64,000 nucleotides of DNA from the NCBI GenBank assembly GCA_963772455.1, contig CAVYXJ010000020.1, positions 1-64,000 on the forward strand, given 5' to 3'. The first letter of the stretch is position 1, and the number at the start of each line of letters is the position of its first letter. Below, piece by piece: positions 53,393-63,228 of the stretch. This DNA comes from Candidatus Bathyarchaeota archaeon. Lineage in GTDB: Archaea; Thermoproteota; Bathyarchaeia; Bathyarchaeales; Bathycorpusculaceae. The translations under genes were made by a program, and so were the position numbers. Under the pieces are notes generated by a model that had not been told where the DNA came from, searched no databases, and was given only the letters and a program-made list of their open reading frames with translations.

Positions 53393-54529
53393 TTATTGAT
53401 CGTTTATTTGAAGCCATTGTCTTCTCAAAAACTGTGGAGTTGGTATTGCCCAATTCGTTTGTTTTTTTATCCCGCTAAATATGGTATTGAATTTATTTAC
53501 TGTGAACGTTTGGATATTTTTAGGGCTTGATAAGACAATGGGGGCATTCAAAGCTTGTGCGCCAAATCTCTTTTTGAAAGTCTTTACACCATCAAGTCCA
53601 GCGCTTGGATTAAAATCAAACCAAGTATACCCTTTTTCGCATGCATGCTTGATAAGTTCGTAATATAGGAGGTTTGTCGGTCTAAGATTTAAGAAGTTTT
53701 CTAAAGATGCACCACTCCAAGCAACAAAATGTTTTTCAGAATGGAAACAAAGTGACCCCGAAATAACTTTATCTTGATAAGTGGCTAACCAGAGTTCGAT
53801 ATTAGGTGAATTCCTCAGGAAGATTTCGTGGAAAAGCTCCCAAGAATATTTTTCGCTTACTAACTGTTTTCCCCATCTGGTAACAGAGGCTTCATAGAGT
53901 TTATAATAGTCCAGCCAATCTTCAATTGAATTTGAGATTCTAACTGATACTCCATTTCGACTTGCATTTCTTACAGCCCTTTTATTCGAGTTAGACATGT
54001 TGGGCACAATTACATCAAATCCTTTTTCCAAATTGATTGCATGGGTCTCATCTTCAGAGCTGATTCTTATGTTGGATTTTGAGAGTGTATCATCGTAAGG
54101 ATTTAATCTCCAAGATAGAGGACCAAATTTCTCAATTATCAGATTTGAAAGTAAAATTGAATGATTAATATCTAGATTATTAGCTGAAATCCAGCCGCCG
54201 TAAGTATACTCAGGAGACGAAATATAAAATTTTCTTACGCCCATTAAATTTGTAGCTAAGCTGTCTTTAGTTAAACAAGAAAAAGGCAGCAAAGCCCTTT
54301 TACCATCAGAGAACAAAACAAGAAAAGGTGTTGGTGACATTCTTCCTTTAGTGTATTTGCTCCATATTTCAGCCCATTCCCTAGAATGAAAATATGTGGA
54401 AAAATGACATTCTTTCCAAATTTTGTCCCATTCAGATATGGAAGCAATACGAACATTTGTTATTGAAATGTTTTTTTGAACTAATTGTTTGGGTTCAACA
54501 TGTAACTCAATTTGGGGGTTTGCCAACAT
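53393..54529 (-). CDS. GNAT superfamily protein (FemAB/Acetyltransf_6-like)
   Basis: TYFHSREW, TYGGWI, RAVRNASRNGV, RPTNLLYYELIKHACEKGYTWFDFNPS, GVKTFKKRFGA. Confidence 0.85.
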   Translation of the reverse strand: MLANPQIELHVEPKQLVQKNISITNVRIASISEWDKIWKECHFSTYFHSREWAEIWSKYTKGRMSPTPFLVLFSDGKRALLPFSCLTKDSLATNLMGVRKFYISSPEYTYGGWISANNLDINHSILLSNLIIEKFGPLSWRLNPYDDTLSKSNIRISSEDETHAINLEKGFDVIVPNMSNSNKRAVRNASRNGVSVRISNSIEDWLDYYKLYEASVTRWGKQLVSEKYSWELFHEIFLRNSPNIELWLATYQDKVISGSLCFHSEKHFVAWSGASLENFLNLRPTNLLYYELIKHACEKGYTWFDFNPSAGLDGVKTFKKRFGAQALNAPIVLSSPKNIQTFTVNKFNTIFSGIKKQTNWAIPTPQFLRRQWLQINDQ

Positions 54530-55003
54530 TATTAAATCACCTTAAGAAATTTTGAAACCTTTTCTGAAACCCATTTGATAAGTTATTGCGAATTGAAAAA
54601 GGTAAAAACTGAATTTTTAATGTTTTAGTCGGAGGATTGACTAAATTACGTTTCACCCTAAAGTAATGAGACCAATTAATTACTTTTCTTTCCATTTAAC
54701 TCATCCTTTGAAACAATATTGTTTCTTAATAAATCGGTTATTCCAATGAGAATCATATATCAAAAATCGTTACATTAACGCTGAAGCATAATTCACCCTA
54801 AATCTGACTTTTTGCCTTACTCAAACCTGCATTTTAACTAAACTTTTAGTTTTTTCCGTGTTTAAAAATTGCAGATCAGCGTTTTATTTTGGGTTTAGAA
54901 GACATTTGGTGTTTTGCCGTTTTTATCACACCACCCCCTTGTGAAAACTAATTAGCGCATTTGGTCAAGAAAACGAAATAATAAAAATGAGATTGATGAT
55001 TTA

Positions 55004-55459
55004 TTATGCTGTGGTTCCTGAGATTAGTATTTGTACGCTGAAATTTGTTATGTCAACTATGCTTGATGAAGATGTCAATGTTATGATTGCTGTGGTTGAT
55101 TGTCCTGGTGAAAGTCTTGTGCCTTCTTTATCCCAGCTTATTGTTATAGGTCCATTTGCATTAGTTGGTGTCCAATTGCTTGTTGAAAGGCTCAATGTTA
55201 ATGATGTGCCAGATCCTGTGTTTTTGACATAGACTGTTTTAGTTATGTTGTTGCCTGCTGTTAATGCTCCCCAATCAAGTGATGCAAGACCTGTAGTGCA
55301 GCTGCTGTCAGAGTATAGGCCTAAGTTTGGTGTTACATTGATTGAGCCGTTGGTGACTAGACTTTTGTTGACAGAGATTGCTCCGTAGGTTGTGGCGGAT
55401 AAGGCTATGGCTACAAGTGTTAGGGCGAATACTGATATTGGGATTTTGCGTTTGGACAT
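55004..55459 (-). CDS. Small secreted Ser/Thr-rich beta protein (TasA/bundling-pilin-like?)
   Basis: Signal peptide ending TTYG; LDWGALTAG, VYVKNTG, LSPGQS; own promoter region. Confidence 0.7.
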   Translation of the reverse strand: MSKRKIPISVFALTLVAIALSATTYGAISVNKSLVTNGSINVTPNLGLYSDSSCTTGLASLDWGALTAGNNITKTVYVKNTGSGTSLTLSLSTSNWTPTNANGPITISWDKEGTRLSPGQSTTAIITLTSSSSIVDITNFSVQILISGTTA

Positions 55460-55618
55460 TTTGTTGTTCTCAAAAACAAATTGTATATTATGTCTTAATA
55501 AACATTATTAGAAGTCATTATAATATGACTGCAGAACAACACATATACATATTAAAATTAAAAAACATGAATAAAACAAATATAACAAAAGAAAAACGTC
55601 AAAATTGATAAGAAAAAA

Positions 55619-55768
55619 CTACTTCTTTAGCATAAGATCTCTTCGCCTTTCTTCACAGCGTTTTATCCTTTCGTCAAGTCGCCTGTTGCGTTCTTTTGTC
55701 TCAACCCCAGATAATGAAGCTACCGCAAGAATAGAGATACTTCGGTTAATTTTCTTGAGTAAATTCAT
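55619..55768 (-). CDS. Possible small basic protein (49 aa)
   Basis: MNLLKKINRSISILAVASLSGVETKERNRRLDERIKRCEERRRDLMLKK*; SD-like gtgagg and TATA-like tttaaaag upstream. Confidence 0.4.
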   Translation of the reverse strand: MNLLKKINRSISILAVASLSGVETKERNRRLDERIKRCEERRRDLMLKK

Positions 55769-56113
55769 GTTCCAATTCCTCACTATGATATATTACGATT
55801 CCATGCTTTTAAACTGAGTTTCAAAAAACAAAATATATCAAAACACGACATATGTCCAAAAAAAGCCTCAACCTACATTTTTAAAAGACTAATGCAATAT
55901 TCAGAATTTCTTTTTATATCTTAAGTAAATTAGACATTAATATGAAACGAGTTCTGATTTCTGGTTCAGGAATAGTTTAGCTCTTTTTTGGTGGGGCGAA
56001 CTGCAAATGGGTTTAAAGGCAAAAGTCATGTAATTTAGCTAAAATTTAATTTATTTAAGATTCTTATCTCAAACTTGAACGATTTCACTTCTATAGTCAG
56101 TGATAAAAAAAAA

Positions 56114-56695
56114 TTATTTTTGGAGGTTTAAGGAGCCTTCTATAACATTTCCTTCAACAATGCCAATTTGCTTAGACAACCAGGTTTTAACGATTATGGC
56201 GAAGTTTGGAAGAATCCCTGAAAAAAGAATCAATTGATTTCCTTTAAGGGCTTCAACCTGGAAGACTTTCTCAGTCTCTTTGAAGCTAAAAGAAAGTGTT
56301 TGTGCATTCATGGCTAAAGATTGAAAGTCTTTCCATTGTTTGCAATGCAAAGTCACCAAAGGTCCACTTTGAACCATTGCAACTGTTGCTAAAGTTGCTG
56401 CCTCTGTTTGAAGGTCAGGTTTTTTTGATGCAGTCGAAAATGAGTTGGGTGAATTTGACAAGATTCCAATTAGGTTCGTTATTTCTTTTTGCAGGCTATC
56501 TATTTTTTCTTCAACTTTTTCTACTCTGCCATTTAATACATCTATATTTCCCATTTGTTCAGTTACTGATGCAAACTCGCTAATCGATTTGTCAAGATTT
56601 TGTTCATGTTCTTTTAGAACATTAATTATGAAATCTAAAGCCTCAAAAGATTTATCTTTCGAACCTGGGTTTGCTGCCATTTCTTCCATTTCCAA
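56114..56695 (-). CDS. Conserved hypothetical protein with N-terminal coiled coil
   Basis: EALDFIINVLKEHEQNLDKSI...VEKVEEKIDSLQKEI heptads; C-terminal CKQWKDF domain; SD-like gaggt. Confidence 0.75.
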   Translation of the reverse strand: MEMEEMAANPGSKDKSFEALDFIINVLKEHEQNLDKSISEFASVTEQMGNIDVLNGRVEKVEEKIDSLQKEITNLIGILSNSPNSFSTASKKPDLQTEAATLATVAMVQSGPLVTLHCKQWKDFQSLAMNAQTLSFSFKETEKVFQVEALKGNQLILFSGILPNFAIIVKTWLSKQIGIVEGNVIEGSLNLQK

Positions 56696-57019
56696 GCAAC
56701 CTCATCCTTTTTTGGCTTCTTAAGGCATATTTCTATAACTGAAATATGTCGATAAACACAACCTTGAAAACTTTGAAAAATGAAAGTGAAAATGTTGTTG
56801 AGGATGAGATCTGGAACAGGTTTGCGTTGATTGCCCTGAGAGGTATGTTTAGAAAAGTTGTTTGGTTTGTTTGAAAATTTTTTATGAAAAAAGTAAGAGA
56901 TCGGAGTGGGCTTTGTGTGAAGTTTGTTTTGGGAAGAATGTGTGATTTGTTTGGTGTTGTATGATCCATATTAGTAAGTATTGTGACTTCATAAATCATA
57001 TAAATTTGTTTTGGCTTTG

Positions 57020-57108
57020 TTTGAGCAGTTAAGGTTGGCCGTGATTGGTGTTTCATTCAGCCTCCCAGTCATCCCCGTTTGAAGCAACACGGCCCCTTAG
57101 CCCTCAAA
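57020..57108 (-). ncRNA. Candidate structured RNA: GC-rich ~90-nt imperfect hairpin in AT-rich intergenic DNA
   Basis: Paired arms tttgag/ctcaaa, taagg/cctta, ggccgtg/cacggcc, ttg/caa, ttca/tgaa. Minus-strand TATA (tatataaa, 57132-57139) lies ~24 nt upstream. Confidence 0.45.
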
Positions 57109-57231
57109 GTATTGTATCTTGAGTATTAATATTTATATAGAAGTCAAGATATTAAAAATAAATAATGAATCCAAAATTCATCAACCTTATCTACATAATC
57201 AAATAATAAAACAAAAAAGAAAGGCGACACA

Positions 57232-57822
57232 ATGGCAAAACGCAACGATCCAAAAAAAAACTTAGACTATACAGAAGAAGACATGTCGGAAACAGAAGAA
57301 TATTTCCAAACCGCCTCTACAACAAACCCCACCAACAAAAATAATTCAACTGACAACAGTTTTGAGTTGCTAAACACACAAAAAGTCGATGACGGAGTAA
57401 CAATAGGGGTCTTACCATCGAAAAAAACGGATACGAAGAGGAATTTGATGACATCCTGCTTGAAACTATCGATGAGACATTATCATCGCTTGGAGAACCC
57501 GTCAAGAACGCGGTATATTTCCATCTTCAAACTAATTTTGGCATAAACAAGAATGAAATCCCAAAAAAGATAAACGAGTTTCTCAAATATTATTCAGAAA
57601 ATATTTGGTTCTGGCGCCGGTAGACTTGAAATAAAGTTGATGAAGACGCTTCATTCAAAAATCAATGTCAGTATAAAATGGCCCGAATATGAAGCACCAT
57701 TATCCAAGTGGTTAGTTGTGGATATGACCTTCATTGAATACGTGAATAATGCGCGTCAGAATTTTGAGGCAAATGCTAAAAAAACTTTGCTTGCTGACCA
57801 GAAAACTGTTGAAGCAATATGA
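57232..57822 (+). CDS. NitrOD5/DUF3227-like domain protein; frameshifts near 57400 and 57580
   Basis: Bridging frame EEEFDDILLETIDETLSSLGEPVKNAVYFHLQTNFGINKNEIPKKINEF, then IQKIFGSGAGRLEIKLMKTLHSK. Confidence 0.7.
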
Positions 57823-58102
57823 GGGCTATAATAGAACAAAAATTAAAGCATAAACTTGAAACGGTTTTGAAATTGATGAATTATCTGGCTGTATCTGAAA
57901 TTCATAATGTTTTATTATATTCTCACGGTTAGATTTTATCGTTCCAGGGAAGGTTACTAGCAATCATGAACATTAAGAATTCAATTAAAGCAAGAAATGT
58001 CAACCAAAGAGATAAAATTGACTATCTTTACGTGTCCAGAAGTGAAACTACGGATGCACCTGATTTCACAGTAGAAAATATGTTGATTGGTGAGATTTAA
58101 AA

Positions 58103-60019
58103 GTGGAAAACGAAGAAAAATTTCAGCTTATAACAAATTCTGTTAAAGACGCCATTATTTTAGTTGATGAAGAATCAAAGGTAGCCTACTGGAATCCAGC
58201 GTCAGAAAAAACTTTTGGTTACACCAGTAAAGAGGCAATCGGTAAAAAAATACATGAACTTGTAGTTCCAACTTCAATGTGCCAAGAAGGACGCGATCGA
58301 ATTGAACAAAGCGTGAAGATTTTTAATGAAACTGGCATGGGTTACTTCACTGTTGGAGACGTAGAGTTAATTGGTCGCCACAAGAATGGGACCGAATTCC
58401 CAGTGGAATTATCAATTTCACCTATAGAGTTATCGGGTAAATGGAACGCCGTTGGGGTAGTAAAAAACCTTAGCGAGAGAAAAAAAAGTGATCAGAAAAC
58501 AAAAGAGGCTGAACAACGTTACCATGCTTTATTTAATCAGTCTCCTTTGGGAGTTTTGATTGTTGATCCAAAAACCTTGGGTTTTGTTGAATTCAACGAT
58601 GTTGCTCATCAGCAATTAGGGTATAGCCGAGAAGAATTTGAAAAGTTAACATTAATAGATATAGAAGCTAAAGAATCTGAATATCAAGTAAAGTCTCATA
58701 TTGCCAAGATGCTCAAGGATGGCAAAGAAGAGTTTGAGACCGAACACCAAACAAAAGATTGCCGCATTAAGAATATTTTGGTTAGTACAAGAGCTATAGA
58801 AATGAAAAATAGAAAATTGCTCCACTGCGTTTTTCACGATATAACTGAGATTAGAAATACACAAAAGTCGCTTATGGAAAGTGAGGCGCAATATCGTAAT
58901 TTAGTTGAGCTTGCGCAAGAGGGTGTTTGGGTATTTGATAAGGAATATAATACAACGTTTGTGAATCCTCGTATGGCTCAAATGTTGGGTTATGTTCAAA
59001 GTGAAATGCTCGGTAGGAGAGCTTTTGAGTTTTTGGACGCAAGTGTTGTTGAGCAAGCAGAGAATTTCCTTGGCAAATACGAATCGGGTCTGAGTGGTAA
59101 TTTTGAGTATGAGATCAACCGGAAAGATGGATCCCGAATTTATGCAAGCATAGTGGCTTCTCCTATTAATGATGATCAGGGAATTTATATTGGGACTCTT
59201 GCTCTGGTTGCAGACGTTACTTTGCGAAAAGATATGGAGAAAAAGTTAGAGAAATATTCTAAAAATCTTGAGGAAATAGTTCAGCAAAAAACCAGTCAGC
59301 TTGCTGATGCTCAAGCTCAAATAATAAAGTCGGAGAGGTTAACTGCTATTGGCGAATTAGCTGGAATGGTGGGGCATGATCTTCGCAATCCTTTAGCGGG
59401 CATTAAAAACGCTTCTTACTTCTTAAAAAAGAAGGAGACGCAAGGTTTGTCTGCTCAGTCTATAGAAATGCTTGAAATAATCAACCGATGCGTTGAACAC
59501 TCTAACAAAATCATTAATGACCTTTTGGATTATTCTAGAGAAATGCGTTTGGATAAAAAAGAAACTTCAATTGATAAACTGCTTATCCAGACTTTAGCTA
59601 TGGTTCAAATTCCAAATAAAGTGACTGTAGTAAAAAAAGTTCCAGGTTCATCTAAATTGATGGCTGATCCGGACAGGCTTGAACGTGTCTTTATTAATTT
59701 AGTAAAGAACGCTGTTGACGCAATGCCTGATGGAGGGGTAATTTCGATTATCTGCAGGGAAGAGAATAACTATTTAGAACTTTCCTTTACTGATACTGGA
59801 ATGGGAATTCCTGATGAGGCTTTGCCAAAGCTTTTCTCGCCTTTGTCAACTACAAAAGCGCAAGGAATGGGTTTTGGTTTAGCGATATGTAAACGTATCG
59901 TGGAAGCTCATGGGGGAACTATTGGTTTTAAGACCTCTAAAGGGAAGGGCACAACTTTCACAGTTACATTGCCAGTTGAAACAGCGCAGAAATTGGAGGT
60001 GAAAATGATTGAACAATGA
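58103..60019 (+). CDS. Cytoplasmic sensor histidine kinase with three PAS domains
   Basis: PAS motifs WNPASEKTFGY, FNDVAHQQLGY, VNPRMAQMLGY; H-box VGHDLRNPL; N-box NLVKNAVDAM; DTGMGI; GMGFGLAIC. Confidence 0.95.
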   Translation: MENEEKFQLITNSVKDAIILVDEESKVAYWNPASEKTFGYTSKEAIGKKIHELVVPTSMCQEGRDRIEQSVKIFNETGMGYFTVGDVELIGRHKNGTEFPVELSISPIELSGKWNAVGVVKNLSERKKSDQKTKEAEQRYHALFNQSPLGVLIVDPKTLGFVEFNDVAHQQLGYSREEFEKLTLIDIEAKESEYQVKSHIAKMLKDGKEEFETEHQTKDCRIKNILVSTRAIEMKNRKLLHCVFHDITEIRNTQKSLMESEAQYRNLVELAQEGVWVFDKEYNTTFVNPRMAQMLGYVQSEMLGRRAFEFLDASVVEQAENFLGKYESGLSGNFEYEINRKDGSRIYASIVASPINDDQGIYIGTLALVADVTLRKDMEKKLEKYSKNLEEIVQQKTSQLADAQAQIIKSERLTAIGELAGMVGHDLRNPLAGIKNASYFLKKKETQGLSAQSIEMLEIINRCVEHSNKIINDLLDYSREMRLDKKETSIDKLLIQTLAMVQIPNKVTVVKKVPGSSKLMADPDRLERVFINLVKNAVDAMPDGGVISIICREENNYLELSFTDTGMGIPDEALPKLFSPLSTTKAQGMGFGLAICKRIVEAHGGTIGFKTSKGKGTTFTVTLPVETAQKLEVKMIEQ

Positions 60020-60449
60020 AACTAGAATACTAATTGTTGATGACGATGACACCATAAGATCTACCATGAAAGCAATTCTTGAAGATGAAGGATACGAAGT
60101 TGATTTAGCTGCAAGTGGAAAAGAAGGCGTACAAAAAGCAAAAGACACATCCTACAATATAGCTCTCTTAGACATCCGATTGCCCGACATGGAAGGCGTA
60201 GAACTACTAAAACTCATGAAACCCGCCGTACCTAGAACCCGAAAAATAATGGTAACAGGATACCCCTCAACGCAAAACGCTATAGAAGCTTTAAACAAGA
60301 ATGCAGACGCATACCTGATAAAACCTGTAGATATCGAGAAACTGCTTAACACAATAAAAGAGCAGTTGAAGTTGCAGGAAGAAGAAAAAAGCTTCAATGA
60401 AGAAAAGGTAGCTGAATTTATTGAATCTCGAGTCAAAGAAATTATCTAA
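60009..60449 (+). CDS. Response regulator (stand-alone receiver with short helical tail)
   Basis: ILIVDDD, LLDIRLPD, MVTG, YLIKP; overlaps the kinase stop. Confidence 0.95.
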   Translation: MNNETRILIVDDDDTIRSTMKAILEDEGYEVDLAASGKEGVQKAKDTSYNIALLDIRLPDMEGVELLKLMKPAVPRTRKIMVTGYPSTQNAIEALNKNADAYLIKPVDIEKLLNTIKEQLKLQEEEKSFNEEKVAEFIESRVKEII

Positions 60450-60480
60450 TTTTTTTCTTTTCTTTGTTTTTTAATATTTT
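60450..60480 (+). terminator. Oligo-T tract, probable archaeal terminator
   Basis: tttttttcttttctttgttttttaatatttt immediately after the receiver gene stop. Confidence 0.5.
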
Positions 60481-61139
60481 GTAGAGAGCTTTCCAGTTGA
60501 TAGGGAAATTTTAATGAATTGTTTTTTGGATAAAATCTTGGCTTTAATATTGATGAGTGCAAAAAACATGTATAGGATAAATTCTTAAAATAAATTGTAG
60601 ACCTAATATAATTCTAAATGCAAAGTTTCACTTAGCTTACACGGGTTTCGAATAAATTCAGTGGCTCTAAAAATTATGCCGTTTCTATAGGAAGAGCTCA
60701 ATACCGCTTAATAAGAAAAATCGACCTAAGTTGATTGTTAAGTCAGATGTGCTTTTAGTAAAAATATCAAAGATTGACAGATGCATTGTCATTGAAAAAA
60801 AGGAGCTGAGATAATTGTGATTAGTATTCCCGAGGCAAAGACCTGAATAATCCAATGTTCGCGCTCTCTTGATTTGACTCAAGTTATTTTCTTAACAAAA
60901 TGCTGACCAGGAGCCCAAAAATTGTTACCCAGAAGAGATTTCTGTCAAATAGAATTATTTTTTATATAGGCTTGCTAGTTGTTAATACATAGCCACTAAG
61001 AATGCCTGTTGAATAGAATATCAACAGAAGAGAAATAAAAATAAAACAGATTGAGTTTTTTTCTATGTTGTAAATTAGGGCTTTGAGTGATTCATAGGGC
61101 TTCAAATGTTTCGACTACTGATGTGGAAATTTTAGGAGA

Positions 61140-62355
61140 CTATCTTTTTTTTACGCCCATAAATTTATTTAGGAAGGATTTCTTTTGTGTTTTATCCTGT
61201 TTTGGTTGTTGATCAGAGGAAGAAACTTTGGCTTGTTTTGTTGTTTCTAAGTTCTTTTCAATTTCGCTCTTTATTCGCGCTATTACTTCTGGTTCTTCGA
61301 TTGAGCCTTCAATAAGTAGAATGTTATGACCTTGTGCAATTTTCTTGGCAGTTTCATTTAGTTGGGGAATGGCAACAAAAATTGGAACATCGACGTTGAC
61401 TTCGGAAGTTTTGTATAGATACAAAATTATTGGCGATGTAGCAACTTCGGTTTCACTCACTGCATGATCTAATGCAATAACCTTTTCTTGTCCATCTATT
61501 AGTTTCTTAGCAATTAGACTAAAATGATGTTGCATTCCACTTTTTTGACCGAATACTAATCCAGGAATTTCAACGCTGAATCCTAAATCTGTTAGAAGAT
61601 TTTGAATATTTTCTAAGCTTTCTACGTTTTGCCTAATTTCTTTTCGTCGTTGCAGGTTTAATGAGAATTTTGGTATATCAATAACTTGAGCTTCTTTTAT
61701 CGTGAAGTTTTTATTGCAGCTTCTGCAGACTAGGTCAAACTCGGGATTTTCAAATTTTTCGCTGCATTCTTGACATACATACCAGCGTCCCATGTTTCTG
61801 TATTGACGTTCAACAAGGACTTCTCCACATTTGGGACATGTATCATTAATGTACTTGTCTCTTTGGTCGATGTATCCGCAAGGAATATGTTCGGTTAAGC
61901 TTGTTTTGTTAACGTTGTGGCTTTTACATTTTGGACATCGATTGTGTAATGTAAGGAGTGTTGATTGACAATTTGGACATATTGAAACTGAATCAAAGAA
62001 AGTTTTTTTGAGTATGCCTAGTTGCGCGAGGTTTTCTAAAGTGGTTTTTGAGAGTTTATCTGTTTCGGCAATATTTAATGTGCTAATAGTTGAATGATAT
62101 TCGAATCCTAAGCCTGGATTGTATTTGGGAATTATTTCTACGTTATTTCCATCTTCGAGTAATCTTCTTAGGAGGTCGCGCGTTTGGGGTTCAATATATG
62201 CTCCTCTTCTCTCCTAGTTCTATTTTGTCTTCTTGAGAGATAGTCTTTGCTACTTCAGTATTTTTTTCTGCACCAATTTTTTCCTTTGGCTGCTCTGCTA
62301 TCTTTTTTGGATCGGTTTTTTGTTGTTGATTTTTCATTTCTTTAACGACGTCCAT
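61140..62355 (-). CDS. TackOD1-like multi-zinc-ribbon protein with C-terminal restriction-endonuclease-like (Mrr-type) domain; frameshift near 62214
   Basis: Frame open upstream of the tracked ORF: CPNCQS...RCPKCKS..V.K.SLTEHIPCGYID...CPKCG...YVCQEC...VCRSC; C-terminal GQKSGMQHHFSL; ATG at 62355. Confidence 0.78.
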
Positions 62356-62389
62356 TTTGATTATCTATTTGTATTTTATATCGGTTTGT

Positions 62390-63220
62390 TTAACTAAGGA
62401 ATAAATAGAATGCTATTCCTGAAGCTATTGATAATATTGTTACGTGTTTTAACCCGTCGATGAATGAGTCTTCGTTGATTTTTCCCGCGATTAATCCTCC
62501 GAAGAGGGCTTCGATCAATGAGGCATGAAGAAATAGTCGTCTTGATGCTTCTTGGGATATTATGGGTTTAATAAAAGATACGCTGCCTGCGCCAGTTTGA
62601 CTCAAGGGAGTAAACATCATGTTGGAAATGATGATAATTATGAATAGAAACATGAAGACTGAGAAGTAGAAATATTAAAACATAAGGTGTGGTTTGTTGT
62701 CGTCTTTTTGCTGTCCAAGAGTTAATGCTATCAAGGTACTTTGCTGTGGAGTCAAAGATGTTGGATAGGTCGCCTCCGTGTTTTGCTGCTTCATTGATCA
62801 GTACAGTTGCTTTTTTGATTAGGGGTAAATCTATTCTATTACCTAATTCGTCTAGAGCATCGTTGAAGTTCATGCCCCAACTCATGTGAGCAACTAATAG
62901 TTTCAGTTCGTAGGTTAGTGGACCGTAGATTCGGTTTGAAGCGTGTTCAAGGGCTACTTGCAGGGGTATTCCTGTTCTTGATGCAGTTGCTAAGTCTCTT
63001 AGAAAGTCGGGAGTTGCTTTTTCAATTTTGATTTTCCAGCGGTTATGAATTATGCTTGCTATGCTTGGAGGTAAAACGCCTATTGTTAGATGCTATTACT
63101 ATCATGTAGTCTAATGTGGGGGATGTTAGATAGAAAACTGAGGCAATAACGAAGAAGAATATGGCTGCAGCTGCAGAAATGATGGATATTCGTTTCATGG
63201 TCTTTTTTGGTTACTTTCAT
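62390..63220 (-). CDS. Type II/IV secretion system F family (TadC-like) protein of a second pilus locus; several frameshifts
   Basis: IEKATPDFLRDLATASRTGIPL, YGPLTYEL..LVAHMSWGMNFNDAL, EAAKHGG, GGLIAGKINEDSFIDGLKH. Confidence 0.85.
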
Positions 63221-63228
63221 ATTTGCTC

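Noticed and set aside
53044-53453. Short ORFs 53044-53247 and 53268-53453
   Set aside because: AT-rich, no recognisable features, one overlaps the GNAT gene.
56733-57056. 107-aa ORF starting inside the hairpin
   Set aside because: Low-complexity, no motifs, runs into the next promoter; only the SD/AUG is noted.
57966-58100. 44-codon ORF ending 2 nt before the kinase start
   Set aside because: No motif support; cannot be told apart from a chance ORF or leader.
60685-60882. 65-aa ORF between convergent genes
   Set aside because: No SD, motif or compositional support.
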